DNA of 64,000 bases from Candidatus Latescibacterota bacterium (GTDB lineage: Bacteria; Latescibacterota; UBA2968; UBA8231), in contig CBDAOB010000005.1 of the NCBI GenBank assembly GCA_965197905.1, positions 1,312,001 through 1,376,000 on the forward strand, in the 5' to 3' direction. The notes under the pieces are model-generated. The model did not search any database, was not told where the DNA came from, and worked only from the letters and a program-made list of their open reading frames with translations. The translations under genes were made by a program, and so were the position numbers. Shown in pieces: positions 1-9,376 of the stretch; positions within the stretch are counted from its first letter, which is position 1; each line of letters opens with the position of its first letter.

Positions 1-363
1 TCGAGCGTGCTGGGGGAGCTGCCGGCACCAAACAACGCGGTGTACGGCGCCACAAAGTTCGCGGTGTCCGGCCTGGCTGAAAGTCTGGAGTATGAATTGA
101 CTCCGAGGGGGGTCGGGGTGTTGCTGGTCGAGCCCGGGTCGGTGCCTACCGAATTCGCCGACGTCAGCGGCACGCCCGCGGGACAGTACCGATGGTTACC
201 GCGAACATCTCCCGAACGGGTGGCGCGCCTTATCGTCGATGCCATCGTTCGCCGACGGCGCCGACTCGTTCCCGATCGTTTTGCCCACCTTGGGATATTG
301 TGGCGTCGTTATCTGCCGCGAAGTTGGAGATTTTTTTACAGGAGTGCGCTGCGAAAGGTGTAG
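1..363 (+). CDS. SDR family oxidoreductase, C-terminal part (5' end outside window)
   Basis: YxxxK catalytic motif (VYGATKFAV) and typical SDR tail (GVGVLLVEPGSVPTEF); frame is open from base 1. Confidence 0.85.
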   Translation, partial: SSVLGELPAPNNAVYGATKFAVSGLAESLEYELTPRGVGVLLVEPGSVPTEFADVSGTPAGQYRWLPRTSPERVARLIVDAIVRRRRRLVPDRFAHLGILWRRYLPRSWRFFYRSALRKV

Positions 364-395
364 ACTAGGTCGTTTTACCGCACCCAAAATGGCGA

Positions 396-632
396 CTACC
401 ATTGCTCGGCTTCAACCATCTCCCGCGCCAGATTCCCCAGCTCTTCCACCAGCTCCGACTGGTCATCGGCACGCGCCTTGTTGGTGATTTGCATCGTGAG
501 GGCGATCAAACCCAGCCCGAAAATGCGCTGCAGGCTCTGAGGGGAGTCCGGCACCAGATTGGGTACCAGCTCGCTCAGCTTTTCCAGCAGCTGTTTGTGT
601 TTTTCCGATATTTCGATTACTTCGAGTGGCAT
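396..632 (-). CDS. Small hypothetical helical protein (78 aa)
   Basis: ATG start, protein-like composition, co-oriented downstream of the sugar-nucleotide operon. Confidence 0.55.
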   Translation of the reverse strand: MPLEVIEISEKHKQLLEKLSELVPNLVPDSPQSLQRIFGLGLIALTMQITNKARADDQSELVEELGNLAREMVEAEQW

Positions 633-709
633 GGGAGTTCGCGTGAGTGGGGTTGGCGTCTGATCAGATCCATTCTAACCATTCGGATCTCTTCCAGCAA
701 TTGGTCCAG

Positions 710-1699
710 TCAGACGTTCATCAGTACCTTGACGCCCTCCAGATCGAACTGAAAGCGCATCTCGCGCAGCCCCTGATCCGCCATGGCATGGCGCAACGCT
801 TCACGGTCCTGGGCCGGACAGTAGAACATCATAAATCCGCCTCCTCCGGCACCCAGAATCTTGCCCCCAAGCGCTCCGGCTTCACGGCCCGCCGCATACC
901 ACCGATCGATATCCTGATTCGACATCATGGATGACCGGCGCTTCTTCGCTCGCCAATGCTCATCGAGCAGCGTGCCGAACCGTTCCAGGTCGCCGGTTTC
1001 CAGACTCTTCTTGATCTCCAGGCCAATGCGTTTCACGTCGTGCAAACTCTCCACGACTTCGCTGGTTCCCTTATTCGTTTCCGTTTGTTGCTGCGAGAGA
1101 ATATCGAAGCTCTCCCGCTCGATCCCGGTGAAGAACAGCACCATGCTGTTGCGCAACTCCTCTTCGGTGTGATGGCTCAACTCCAGCTCGGACACCTCGA
1201 CTCGACCCTCCTTGTCGATGTCCAAGCAGGTTACGCCGCCGAATGCCGCGAGGTAATGATCGTGTTTCCCGGCTGGTTGGCCGGCGCAGTGGGATTCCAC
1301 GTAATACGCCTCTTCGGCCAACTCTTGTGTCGATAGCTGGTTGCGCGTATGGCCGTGCAGGGCCGCAAGCAGCGCCACGGTAAAGGCGCCGGAAGACCCC
1401 ATCCCGGTGCGCCCCGGAATGTCGGCCATTGCGCTGATCTCCAAACCGCCGACGATCTTCATGTGCACGAGGGTTTCGCGCAGCAACGGGTGTTCGATCT
1501 GGAGCGGATCCTCCACGAGCTCGGTCTGCGAATATTTGACGCGCACGAAGTCTTCGACCTTCAAGGTGTTGAGCTGGATATAGACATACTTGTCGATGGC
1601 GGCACTGAGAACGAAACCACCGAATTTGGAGTAGTAGGATGCGAGGTCGGTGCCGCCGCCACCCAAGGGAATGCGCAAGGGAGCCCGGGTCGTAATCAC
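710..1699 (-). CDS. hddA: GHMP kinase, D-glycero-alpha-D-manno-heptose-7-phosphate kinase (HddA)-like
   Basis: RAPLRIPLGGGGTD N-terminus, DIPGRTGMGSSG, GKILGAGGGGFM GHMP motifs. Confidence 0.8.
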   Translation of the reverse strand: MITTRAPLRIPLGGGGTDLASYYSKFGGFVLSAAIDKYVYIQLNTLKVEDFVRVKYSQTELVEDPLQIEHPLLRETLVHMKIVGGLEISAMADIPGRTGMGSSGAFTVALLAALHGHTRNQLSTQELAEEAYYVESHCAGQPAGKHDHYLAAFGGVTCLDIDKEGRVEVSELELSHHTEEELRNSMVLFFTGIERESFDILSQQQTETNKGTSEVVESLHDVKRIGLEIKKSLETGDLERFGTLLDEHWRAKKRRSSMMSNQDIDRWYAAGREAGALGGKILGAGGGGFMMFYCPAQDREALRHAMADQGLREMRFQFDLEGVKVLMNV

Positions 1700-1714
1700 G
1701 GGAATTTCATCTAT

Positions 1715-2437
1715 TCAAGGAAGATCGAAGACACCAGCACCCACCTGTTCAAGCGCGTGCCTGTAGCGTTCCGGCGTGTCGGTTGAAAGTAGCTGTCCCT
1801 CGAGGCGGTGTCCATGAAGTGGGCGCCCATCCTCGAGCATCGCCGGGAAGAGGTCGCTGCCGAAGTCGAGACACTGCCCATCGGGGATGTCGTCGACCAA
1901 TTCGGGTTCTATGGCGTAGATACCCGCATTCACCAGGTAGCCTTCGAAGACCTCCTCCGGTGTTGGTTTCTCCACGAGTTTGGTGATCGCTCCTTCGGCG
2001 TCGAGCTGCACGATGCCGCGAGTAGTGGGATCGTCCATCGGCAACAAGCCGATCGTTGCCATGCTGCGGCTGCTTTCGTGGTCAGCCCACAACCTTCCCA
2101 GGTCGACATTGCACAGGTTGTCGCCGTAATAGACAAGGAACCGCTCGCGAAAATGAGATCGCAGCTTTGCTACAGCGCCGGCGGTGCCGAGGAGCTCGTC
2201 TTCCCGGGAGTAGGTGATCTGCGCTCCCCACCGTTTGCCGCTGCCGCAGAAGGCTTCGATTTCGTCGGGCAGGTGGTGGAGATTGATGGCGAGCTGGTCG
2301 AAGCCGTAGCGCACCAGGAGACGAATCACGTACTCGAGCAACGGTTTGCCGGCGATTGGAATCAGCGGTTTGGGGCAGTTGTCAGTGAGTGGCTGCAGCC
2401 GCCGACCGCGTCCGGCGGCGAGAATCATCGCCTTCAC
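1715..2437 (-). CDS. Sugar-1-phosphate nucleotidyltransferase (HddC / mannose-1-P guanylyltransferase-like)
   Basis: MKAMILAAGRGRRLQPLT..PKPL, LLGTAGA, YGDN, EKP, NAGIY motifs. Confidence 0.9.
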   Translation of the reverse strand: MKAMILAAGRGRRLQPLTDNCPKPLIPIAGKPLLEYVIRLLVRYGFDQLAINLHHLPDEIEAFCGSGKRWGAQITYSREDELLGTAGAVAKLRSHFRERFLVYYGDNLCNVDLGRLWADHESSRSMATIGLLPMDDPTTRGIVQLDAEGAITKLVEKPTPEEVFEGYLVNAGIYAIEPELVDDIPDGQCLDFGSDLFPAMLEDGRPLHGHRLEGQLLSTDTPERYRHALEQVGAGVFDLP

Positions 2438-3558
2438 GGCGCCGCTTTTCGCAGCACCTTGGCTGCTCTCATTTTGCTTTCGGACTCGGCGTAGAACGCA
2501 TCGAGGTCGGGTTGCTCACGGGCCCATTCGACATAGGAAGAAATTATCGATTCCAGACCGACCTGAGGTCGCCAGCCGAGACAGCCGAGGGCAGCTGAGG
2601 AAGAAAAGGTATGACGGGTGTCTCCGAAGCGGTACTCTCCCGAGACCTCCGGCTCGAGATCCTTTCCGGCGATGCGAATCACCGCCCTGGCGTAGTCGAG
2701 GACCGAAGTCGCTTCGATGCCTCCAACATTATACGCGTTGTAGTCCGCCGCTGGGTTCTCGAAGGCGAGCAGATTTGCCTCAGCCACATCGCCGACGAAT
2801 ACGTAATCCCGCAGCTGCTGGCCGTCCTCGTAACAGACCGGCGGCTGATCGTGAAGGACTCGCATTGTAAAGAGTCGGCAGATCCCGGAATAAGCGTTGA
2901 AAAACGAGTTTCGCGGCCCTTGTACTATCGAATACCGCAAGCAGACCGTGGGCACCCTGTGCTTCCGGCCCAGCTCCCTCGAAGCCAGCTCCAGGGCGTA
3001 CTTGGAGATGCCGTAGGCGGTGTGCGGGTGAACGACCTCCTCCGTAATCTCCACCGGTTCGATCTCAGCAGCGCATCGGGGGCACCGAAGCTCCCAGTCG
3101 GACCTGTCCAGCTGTTCAGCCGGCCGGCTGTCGGGAAAAAGGCGCCCATGGGTGGCGCAGCGATAAGAGCCTTCCCCGTACACCGACTGAGATGAGGCCA
3201 GCACCACCTTGCGGACCGGCAATTCTCTGGCTGCGATGAGCTCGAACAGCATCGCCGTGCTGACGGTATTGACGTGAAAGAAAGTGCTGAAATCGGGCAT
3301 GTAGTCCTGATAGGCCGCCAGGTGAAAGACTCCGTCGACATCCGTCAGCGCCTGCTCCCAATCCGCCCTGTTGCGCACGTCTCCGCGCACCTTCTCGACC
3401 TCCGGCGGCAGGTAGCGAGGCCACCCGTCGGGATGAACCCGGTCCTGAAGGCTGTCCAGAATCCGGACCCGGTACCCCTTTTTCAGTAACACATCGACGG
3501 TGTGCGACCCGATAAACCCGGCACCCCCGGTAACCAGAACCCGGTTGAGCTCACTCAC
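2434..3558 (-). CDS. NAD-dependent epimerase/dehydratase
   Basis: VLVTGGAGFIGSH, YGISK, EDGQQLRDYVFV; 4-nt overlap with the next gene. Confidence 0.92.
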   Translation of the reverse strand: MSELNRVLVTGGAGFIGSHTVDVLLKKGYRVRILDSLQDRVHPDGWPRYLPPEVEKVRGDVRNRADWEQALTDVDGVFHLAAYQDYMPDFSTFFHVNTVSTAMLFELIAARELPVRKVVLASSQSVYGEGSYRCATHGRLFPDSRPAEQLDRSDWELRCPRCAAEIEPVEITEEVVHPHTAYGISKYALELASRELGRKHRVPTVCLRYSIVQGPRNSFFNAYSGICRLFTMRVLHDQPPVCYEDGQQLRDYVFVGDVAEANLLAFENPAADYNAYNVGGIEATSVLDYARAVIRIAGKDLEPEVSGEYRFGDTRHTFSSSAALGCLGWRPQVGLESIISSYVEWAREQPDLDAFYAESESKMRAAKVLRKAAP

Positions 3559-3777
3559 GCAAACGAGATCCTCTCGAGAAGGGTCGAACGATGCACAAAA
3601 ATTCTCTCAAACATAAGTAAAAAATGAATTTAGATCAATATTGTGGCGGGGGATATGCGCCCTGACCGAGTGCGTGAGCTGCAGACAAGGCCGTCAAAAA
3701 TGGTATACAAATGGATACTGTTTATCTTGACGTCGAGCCTAGGGGTCATTAGTTTCGCCACGACCCGGGAGGGTGCC

Positions 3778-4242
3778 ATGATAAAATGGAATCGCTTACT
3801 CAATCCGCAGCGAGTGCTGGTAGGTGTCCGTTCAACGCGACGGTTCGACGTCATACGTGAACTCGCGGCCGTTATCTCGGAGGATGAGGCTGTTGGCGAC
3901 CCCAAGCGGTTTCTGGCAGACCTTATTCGGAGGGAGAAACAGAGTTCGACGGGTATCGGTCACGGGGTCGCGATTCCCCACGTTCACGAAGACTACATCC
4001 ACAGGCAGATTCTGGCCGTTGGTGTCTCCACCGATGGCATCGACTTCGCCGGATTGGACGACATACCGGTGCGGATTGTGGCACTGTTCGCCAGCCCCCT
4101 GAAACACCAGAAGCAGCATATGAAGCTCCTTGCCGCGCTGTCCCGCCTCCTGCAGACAGCTTCTGTCCGCGATCGCTTGATCGGGGCGACCGAGGCGGCG
4201 GAGGTGATCGAGGTCTTCTCACACACGCCGCAGCCTGTCTGA
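3778..4242 (+). CDS. PTS IIA (PtsN/fructose-type) domain protein
   Basis: REKQSSTGIGHGVAIPH phospho-His motif; ATG at 3778 preceded by GGAGG-like RBS. Confidence 0.9.
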   Translation: MIKWNRLLNPQRVLVGVRSTRRFDVIRELAAVISEDEAVGDPKRFLADLIRREKQSSTGIGHGVAIPHVHEDYIHRQILAVGVSTDGIDFAGLDDIPVRIVALFASPLKHQKQHMKLLAALSRLLQTASVRDRLIGATEAAEVIEVFSHTPQPV

Positions 4243-4300
4243 GCGCGCGACTGCATTCAGGAGCTTCCTTTTTCCTTAACGCAATAGTTTTGGCAGCGCG

Positions 4301-6367
4301 ATGAAGGGTGATATCGCCGCCGCCGTCGAAGGGGCGACGGAGGGTGGATGGTCCTGTTTTCTGTCCGCACCTTCTGGCAGTGACTGGCCGCAGGCGGTGA
4401 TGGGGAGACTGCGATATCTCCTGGGCAACCGAATTCCCGGACACCAGATCCTTCTCCTGGTTCCGGACCGTGCCACCGGCATCGAGATTCGCGCCGAGCT
4501 GACGGCGCTTCAAACCGAGCCGTTCGCCCAGCTCGATCCGCAGACCTACTACAGTATGGCGGCCCGGTTTACCAGGCTGTTCTGGCCCCTGATCGCCTCG
4601 GAGACGGGTTTCGCCGACCCCAGCCGTCCTCCGGTGCTGCTGAACTACGAGATGGCGCAACACCTTCTAGGCCAGCTCATCCAACCGCTGCTGAACAAGG
4701 GATACTTTGGCGAGCTCTCCCTGCGCCCCCAGCGCATAATCAGTCAGCTCATAGACAACCTGAACCGGGCAGCGGTCAACGGCTACCCCATTGCCGCGGT
4801 CGAGTCGCGACTTGCTGCTGCGTGGAACGGTGACCCGGATAGGTTGCGGTACTACGAACAGGGACAAGAGTGCATCGATCTCTTCCGATCCCATTGCCTG
4901 AAATACGGTCTGCTAGACCTCTCGTTGTCGGTGTCCATATTTACCCAACTGTGCGCAAAAAAGGTTTTCTGGAGTTTCGTGGTGCGGCGCTACCGGCACC
5001 TTGTGGCGGAACAGGTGGAGGAGACGGTGCCCGTGGCGCAAGATATGGTGCGCCGCCTGCTGGGCGAATGTCAATCCAGCCTTCTCTGTTGCGATCCCGA
5101 AGGTGTTTACCGCTCTTTTCTCGGATCGAACCCCGCCGGCGCTACCGAGCTAGGGGAGCTTTGTCGCGACCAGGTCGAGCTGAGCACCGCAGCTGGGGCG
5201 ACGAAGGTAATTTCGTTCCTGAACGCCGTCGCCGGAGAGTTGCAGCAAGCAGCGGCGATCGAGGAGGCAAATGGGGAGCAGCCTGGGTTCGTGCGTTTGA
5301 TTCGGACCCGGTACCGCGTGGAGATGATTCGGCAGATCGGGCGCGAAATAGGCGTTCTGCAAAAACAGGGCATAGCTCCGGGCGACATTGCGGTGGTCGC
5401 TCCCTTCGCCGATGGCGGCCTCCGATTCATGTTGGGCCAGGTTTTGTCTGAAGCCGGGATCGCCTTCAAGATCGTGCGCCGCTACGAGAATCTCTTTGAG
5501 GAACCGATAGTCCGGTCGGGCATCGCGTTGGCGATGCTAGCGCACCCGCGATGGGGACGAAAGCCAACGCCATACGAGGTCGCTGAAGCATTTACATCGA
5601 TTCTCAAATGCGACCCGATCCGCGGCCGACTCGCAGCGAATCACTTGTACGACCCCCGCTCCGGCTCCTTGATGTCGCGAGTCAATCTGGACGAAACCGT
5701 GGCGTTGCGCTTGGGCGAGCGCCTCCTCTCCACTTTCGGCGCGCTGAAGAGATGGCTCGACGAGTACCTGTCGCGCCCGGTGGAGCATATCGATCATTTC
5801 CTGCGCCGTCTGTTCAACGAACCATTTCTCCAGGCGGGCTTGGAGTCTCACGACGTTGAGATCTTCAGCAAGCTCGTAGCTTCGGCGGCCGCCTTCCGTC
5901 GAACGTCGCCCTTCATGGGTCTTGGCATCGAGGAGATCGGCGATGGCTACATAGCGATGCTCGCAGAGGGGATCGTGGCCGCTCAATACCTGGTCGATTC
6001 CGGCATCGAAGCCGATGCAGACGCCGTAACCTTGATCGCACCGGTATACACCTATCTGCTCAGCCATCAGCGGGCGCGGGTACAGTTCTGGCTGGACATC
6101 GGTTCGCCATACTGGTGGGAACCGCTGCATCAGCCGCTTACCAATCATCAGGTCCTGGCCCGCAGCTGGAGTGGCGATGAGAAGTGGACGGATCTCATCG
6201 ACTACCGCCGCCGCAATCGCACCCTGCTACGTCTGCTGCGCGGCTTGGTCCGGCGCTGCGACGAAGGAATCTACCTGTGCAACAGCGAGCTCGATTCCGG
6301 AGGCAATCCGCAGCAGGGGCCGTTGCTGTTCACGGCCGAACGAGTGCTGGAGGAGGAGCCGCATTGA
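4301..6367 (+). CDS. Degenerate SF1 helicase-like protein (AddB/RecC-like, probably ATPase-dead)
   Basis: Walker A position reads FLSAPSGSDWPQ (no GKT), Walker B position RYRHLVAEQVEE; retains PGDIAVVAP motif; stop overlaps start of the helicase. Confidence 0.7.
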   Translation: MKGDIAAAVEGATEGGWSCFLSAPSGSDWPQAVMGRLRYLLGNRIPGHQILLLVPDRATGIEIRAELTALQTEPFAQLDPQTYYSMAARFTRLFWPLIASETGFADPSRPPVLLNYEMAQHLLGQLIQPLLNKGYFGELSLRPQRIISQLIDNLNRAAVNGYPIAAVESRLAAAWNGDPDRLRYYEQGQECIDLFRSHCLKYGLLDLSLSVSIFTQLCAKKVFWSFVVRRYRHLVAEQVEETVPVAQDMVRRLLGECQSSLLCCDPEGVYRSFLGSNPAGATELGELCRDQVELSTAAGATKVISFLNAVAGELQQAAAIEEANGEQPGFVRLIRTRYRVEMIRQIGREIGVLQKQGIAPGDIAVVAPFADGGLRFMLGQVLSEAGIAFKIVRRYENLFEEPIVRSGIALAMLAHPRWGRKPTPYEVAEAFTSILKCDPIRGRLAANHLYDPRSGSLMSRVNLDETVALRLGERLLSTFGALKRWLDEYLSRPVEHIDHFLRRLFNEPFLQAGLESHDVEIFSKLVASAAAFRRTSPFMGLGIEEIGDGYIAMLAEGIVAAQYLVDSGIEADADAVTLIAPVYTYLLSHQRARVQFWLDIGSPYWWEPLHQPLTNHQVLARSWSGDEKWTDLIDYRRRNRTLLRLLRGLVRRCDEGIYLCNSELDSGGNPQQGPLLFTAERVLEEEPH

Positions 6368-8568
6368 GTCCGTTCAAGCCGCGACCGGGACAGCAGCAAA
6401 TAATGGAGTATGGCGGTGGTCTCATGGGTGTGTCGGCGGTGCCAGGGAGTGGAAAGACGGCAACCATAGCCAACCTCGCGGCGCGTTTGGTCCGCGAGAG
6501 GACGGTGGGCACGGGGAGCGTGCTTGTAGTTACCTATCAGAACGCTGCGGTTGATGCTATCAAAACCCGAATCAGGTCCGAGCTCGGTCACGTCAATCGA
6601 CCTGACGGAGGGTACGACGTCAGGACACTTCACAGCTTGTCCTACGGGATAATTCAAGCTCAACCCGCCCTGGCGGGAACGACCGCAGAGTTTCACGTCG
6701 TCGACGACCGGACGCGCGCTGATCTTCTCGACAAGGCGACACGTTTGTGGAGTGAGCAGAACCGATCGGTGTGGGAGCCGCTCGCCGTCCAGGGAAAGTC
6801 CGACTGGCAGGCGGAGTGGATCGAGATCGCTCATGCCCTCGCGCGCTCACTGATCGCCACCGCAAAGAACCATCGGTTGGCGCCCGAGCGGGGCCTAGGG
6901 TTGGCTGATACGCTACCTGCGGGAATGGTGCGAACCCTGCTCACAGCCGGAATGGAGATCTACCGGCTCTATCAGCGCAATCTGACGACCATCGGCGGCC
7001 TCGACTTCGATGATCTCGTTCGCCTGGCATTGGACCTGATCACCGTACACGAAGAGCTGGCGCAGCGGCTCCGTCGGGAATGGCCGATCGTCCTCGAGGA
7101 TGAAGCCCAAGACAGCATTCCCCTGCAAGAGAAACTGCTGAGCCAACTCTCCGGCGGTTCAGGCTGGATCAGGGTAGGGGATCCCAATCAGTCGATCATG
7201 AGTACCTTCACCGCCGCCAACCCCCGATACCTGCGTCAATTTCTCGATCGCAACGATGTCGAGACGGTGGAGATGCTGATCTCGGGACGTTGCGCCCGCC
7301 CCATCCTCGAATTGGCGAACCATTTGGTGGAGTGGATCTGTGCCCACCATCCGGTGCAGTCGGTGCGTGAGCGGGCTTTCCGCAGTCAGACGATTTGCGG
7401 CACCGAACCCGGAGACAGCCAGGAAAATCCAGGTGACGAAGAAAGCGGCATTCTCTTCCGCGAATACAATGACCGAGACGATGAGCTGCAGGACATTGCG
7501 CGCCGGGCTCATGGTTTCACCCTTTCGCATCCGGACAGGACCGCGGCGATTCTCGTTCCAACCAATCGCGTCGGCACGGAGATGGTCGAGCGTCTACAGC
7601 AACAGGATGCCGCATTCGACGAAGTGCTGCAGACCTCCCGACGTTCACGAGAGACCTGCGACGCCCTTAGTTCGGTGTTGGTTTATCTCGCAGATCCGCT
7701 CAAGGCGAAAGGGTTGGAAAGGGCGTTTCAGTCGGTGTGTCAGCGGGGCCACCTGTGTGACGAGTCCGGCACCCGCGAAGGGGTGTCCAGATTGCTGCGC
7801 AGCTGCTACCGGGCCGAGTCGCTGATTTTTCCGGAAGGGGGTGCAGCTACCGCAGAGGCTTTCCCGCCCATCGGTCCAATCTCCGAAGCAGAGATGGTCG
7901 TGTTAGACGAATTCGCCACACAACTCCGTCGATGGTTAATGGCTGCCTCGTTGCCCATCGATCAGCTGGTGTTGACGTTGGGACAAGACCTGTTCGAAGA
8001 CGAGCAACTGGCAAGCGCGCAGCGAATTGCCGCGTACTTGCGCGGTAAGGCTGAGCAGAACAGCCATTGGCGGCTTCCAGATTTTGCCCGTGAACTCGAG
8101 GTGGCCATTCGTGGCCACAGTGCCATCTTCGCCGGCGACAGCGCCGAGTTTCAACCCCGTCCCGGGCGTATCACCCTTACGACTATGCACAAAGCGAAAG
8201 GGCTCGAATGGGACCTTGTTTACCTCGTCGGGGTCGACGGGGAATGGTTTCCTCACGATTTGAGCGATCGTTTTCGAGGGGAGCGAGAGTTCTTGAACGC
8301 CGACCCGGCTGAGGAGACCAAAGCAGCTTTGCTGCGTCTTCTTGGCGAATCCGCATCTTCCGAGCATTTGGCGACCGATGACGCCCATGTGGAGATCATC
8401 GCCGAGCGGCTGCGTCTCCTCTACGTCGGCATAACCAGAGCGCGCCGATATCTGGGATTCAGCTGGAGTCGACAGGTGCCATCGTTCGACCGCCATCGCC
8501 GAGTCCCGCCCGCTGCCATGTTCTCCATACTCCAAACCCACCACCTGAAATCCAAGGAAGATGACTGA
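6364..8568 (+). CDS. UvrD/AddA-like ATP-dependent SF1 helicase
   Basis: AVPGSGKT, VVTYQN, LEDEAQD, VGDPNQSI, TTMHKAKGLEWD, ERLRLLYVGITRAR; likely TTG start at 6364 overlapping upstream TGA. Confidence 0.9.
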   Translation: MSPFKPRPGQQQIMEYGGGLMGVSAVPGSGKTATIANLAARLVRERTVGTGSVLVVTYQNAAVDAIKTRIRSELGHVNRPDGGYDVRTLHSLSYGIIQAQPALAGTTAEFHVVDDRTRADLLDKATRLWSEQNRSVWEPLAVQGKSDWQAEWIEIAHALARSLIATAKNHRLAPERGLGLADTLPAGMVRTLLTAGMEIYRLYQRNLTTIGGLDFDDLVRLALDLITVHEELAQRLRREWPIVLEDEAQDSIPLQEKLLSQLSGGSGWIRVGDPNQSIMSTFTAANPRYLRQFLDRNDVETVEMLISGRCARPILELANHLVEWICAHHPVQSVRERAFRSQTICGTEPGDSQENPGDEESGILFREYNDRDDELQDIARRAHGFTLSHPDRTAAILVPTNRVGTEMVERLQQQDAAFDEVLQTSRRSRETCDALSSVLVYLADPLKAKGLERAFQSVCQRGHLCDESGTREGVSRLLRSCYRAESLIFPEGGAATAEAFPPIGPISEAEMVVLDEFATQLRRWLMAASLPIDQLVLTLGQDLFEDEQLASAQRIAAYLRGKAEQNSHWRLPDFARELEVAIRGHSAIFAGDSAEFQPRPGRITLTTMHKAKGLEWDLVYLVGVDGEWFPHDLSDRFRGEREFLNADPAEETKAALLRLLGESASSEHLATDDAHVEIIAERLRLLYVGITRARRYLGFSWSRQVPSFDRHRRVPPAAMFSILQTHHLKSKEDD

Positions 8569-9376
8569 CAAGGTTCCTGCAGGGTTCATCTTCAGCCAGG
8601 CGAATCTCAGCCTCTTCGAAGATTGTCCACGGAGGTTCTTCCTGCGATATCTGCGCAAGATGCCATGGCCTTCCGATCTCTCGGCCGCCGAGGAGGAACG
8701 GGAGAACGCCTTGGCCCGGGGCCAGCGGTTCCACTATCTGGTTCAGCAAGACGTTCTTGGTCTAGCAGCGGAGTCGGAGGTAGAGGCAAGTGAAGACCCG
8801 GTGCTGGCGAGATGGTGGTCCAACTTCAAGCTCTTCAAACACGAGGCGCCGGCAAACGAGCTATTCACCGAGCTGGAGCTGTGTGTGCCGTTCGGCGAGT
8901 TTATGGTCGTGGCGAAATTCGATCGACTGGTCGTCACGGTGAACGACGAATTTGTCATCTACGACTGGAAAACCGGTTTTCGCGAACCCAAGCTGCAGCA
9001 GTTCAAAACAAGCTGGCAAACCGCGATCTATCCGTTCGTGTTGGTTGAGGGGGGCGAGGTGATCAACGGGGAGCAGGCCATCGCACCCGACCGCGTCAGC
9101 ATTACCTATTGGTACGCCCAGTACCCTCAGACCGTACATCGCTTTCCTCACGACGAGGAGCAGCACGCGGCAACGCAGGTTCGACTGGCGCGGGCGATCG
9201 AAGAGATCTTAGGGAGGACGGGCGAGGAGGAGTTCGAACTCACTTCCGAAATCTCGCGATGTAGCGGATGTGAGTTTCGCTCCTATTGCGGCAGGCAGGC
9301 CGAGAAAGAATCCCCCATGGAAGAGGAAGGACTGGAATTTCTGGAGGATCTAGAGGTTCCGGACGAGCCGGATTAG
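8561..9376 (+). CDS. PD-(D/E)XK nuclease of Cas4/AddB type with predicted 4Fe-4S staple
   Basis: EDCPRRFF (Cys1), AKFDRL, IYDWKTG, WQTAIY, CSGCEFRSYC (3 Cys). Confidence 0.88.
   Translation: MTDKVPAGFIFSQANLSLFEDCPRRFFLRYLRKMPWPSDLSAAEEERENALARGQRFHYLVQQDVLGLAAESEVEASEDPVLARWWSNFKLFKHEAPANELFTELELCVPFGEFMVVAKFDRLVVTVNDEFVIYDWKTGFREPKLQQFKTSWQTAIYPFVLVEGGEVINGEQAIAPDRVSITYWYAQYPQTVHRFPHDEEQHAATQVRLARAIEEILGRTGEEEFELTSEISRCSGCEFRSYCGRQAEKESPMEEEGLEFLEDLEVPDEPD

Noticed and set aside
6184..6363. N-terminal extension of the helicase
   Set aside because: Overlaps the upstream gene by 180 nt with low-complexity translation; TTG at 6364 fits translational coupling.
8561..9376. Cas4 / CRISPR-Cas locus
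   Set aside because: No cas1, cas2 or repeat-spacer array in the window; the nuclease is coupled to helicases instead.
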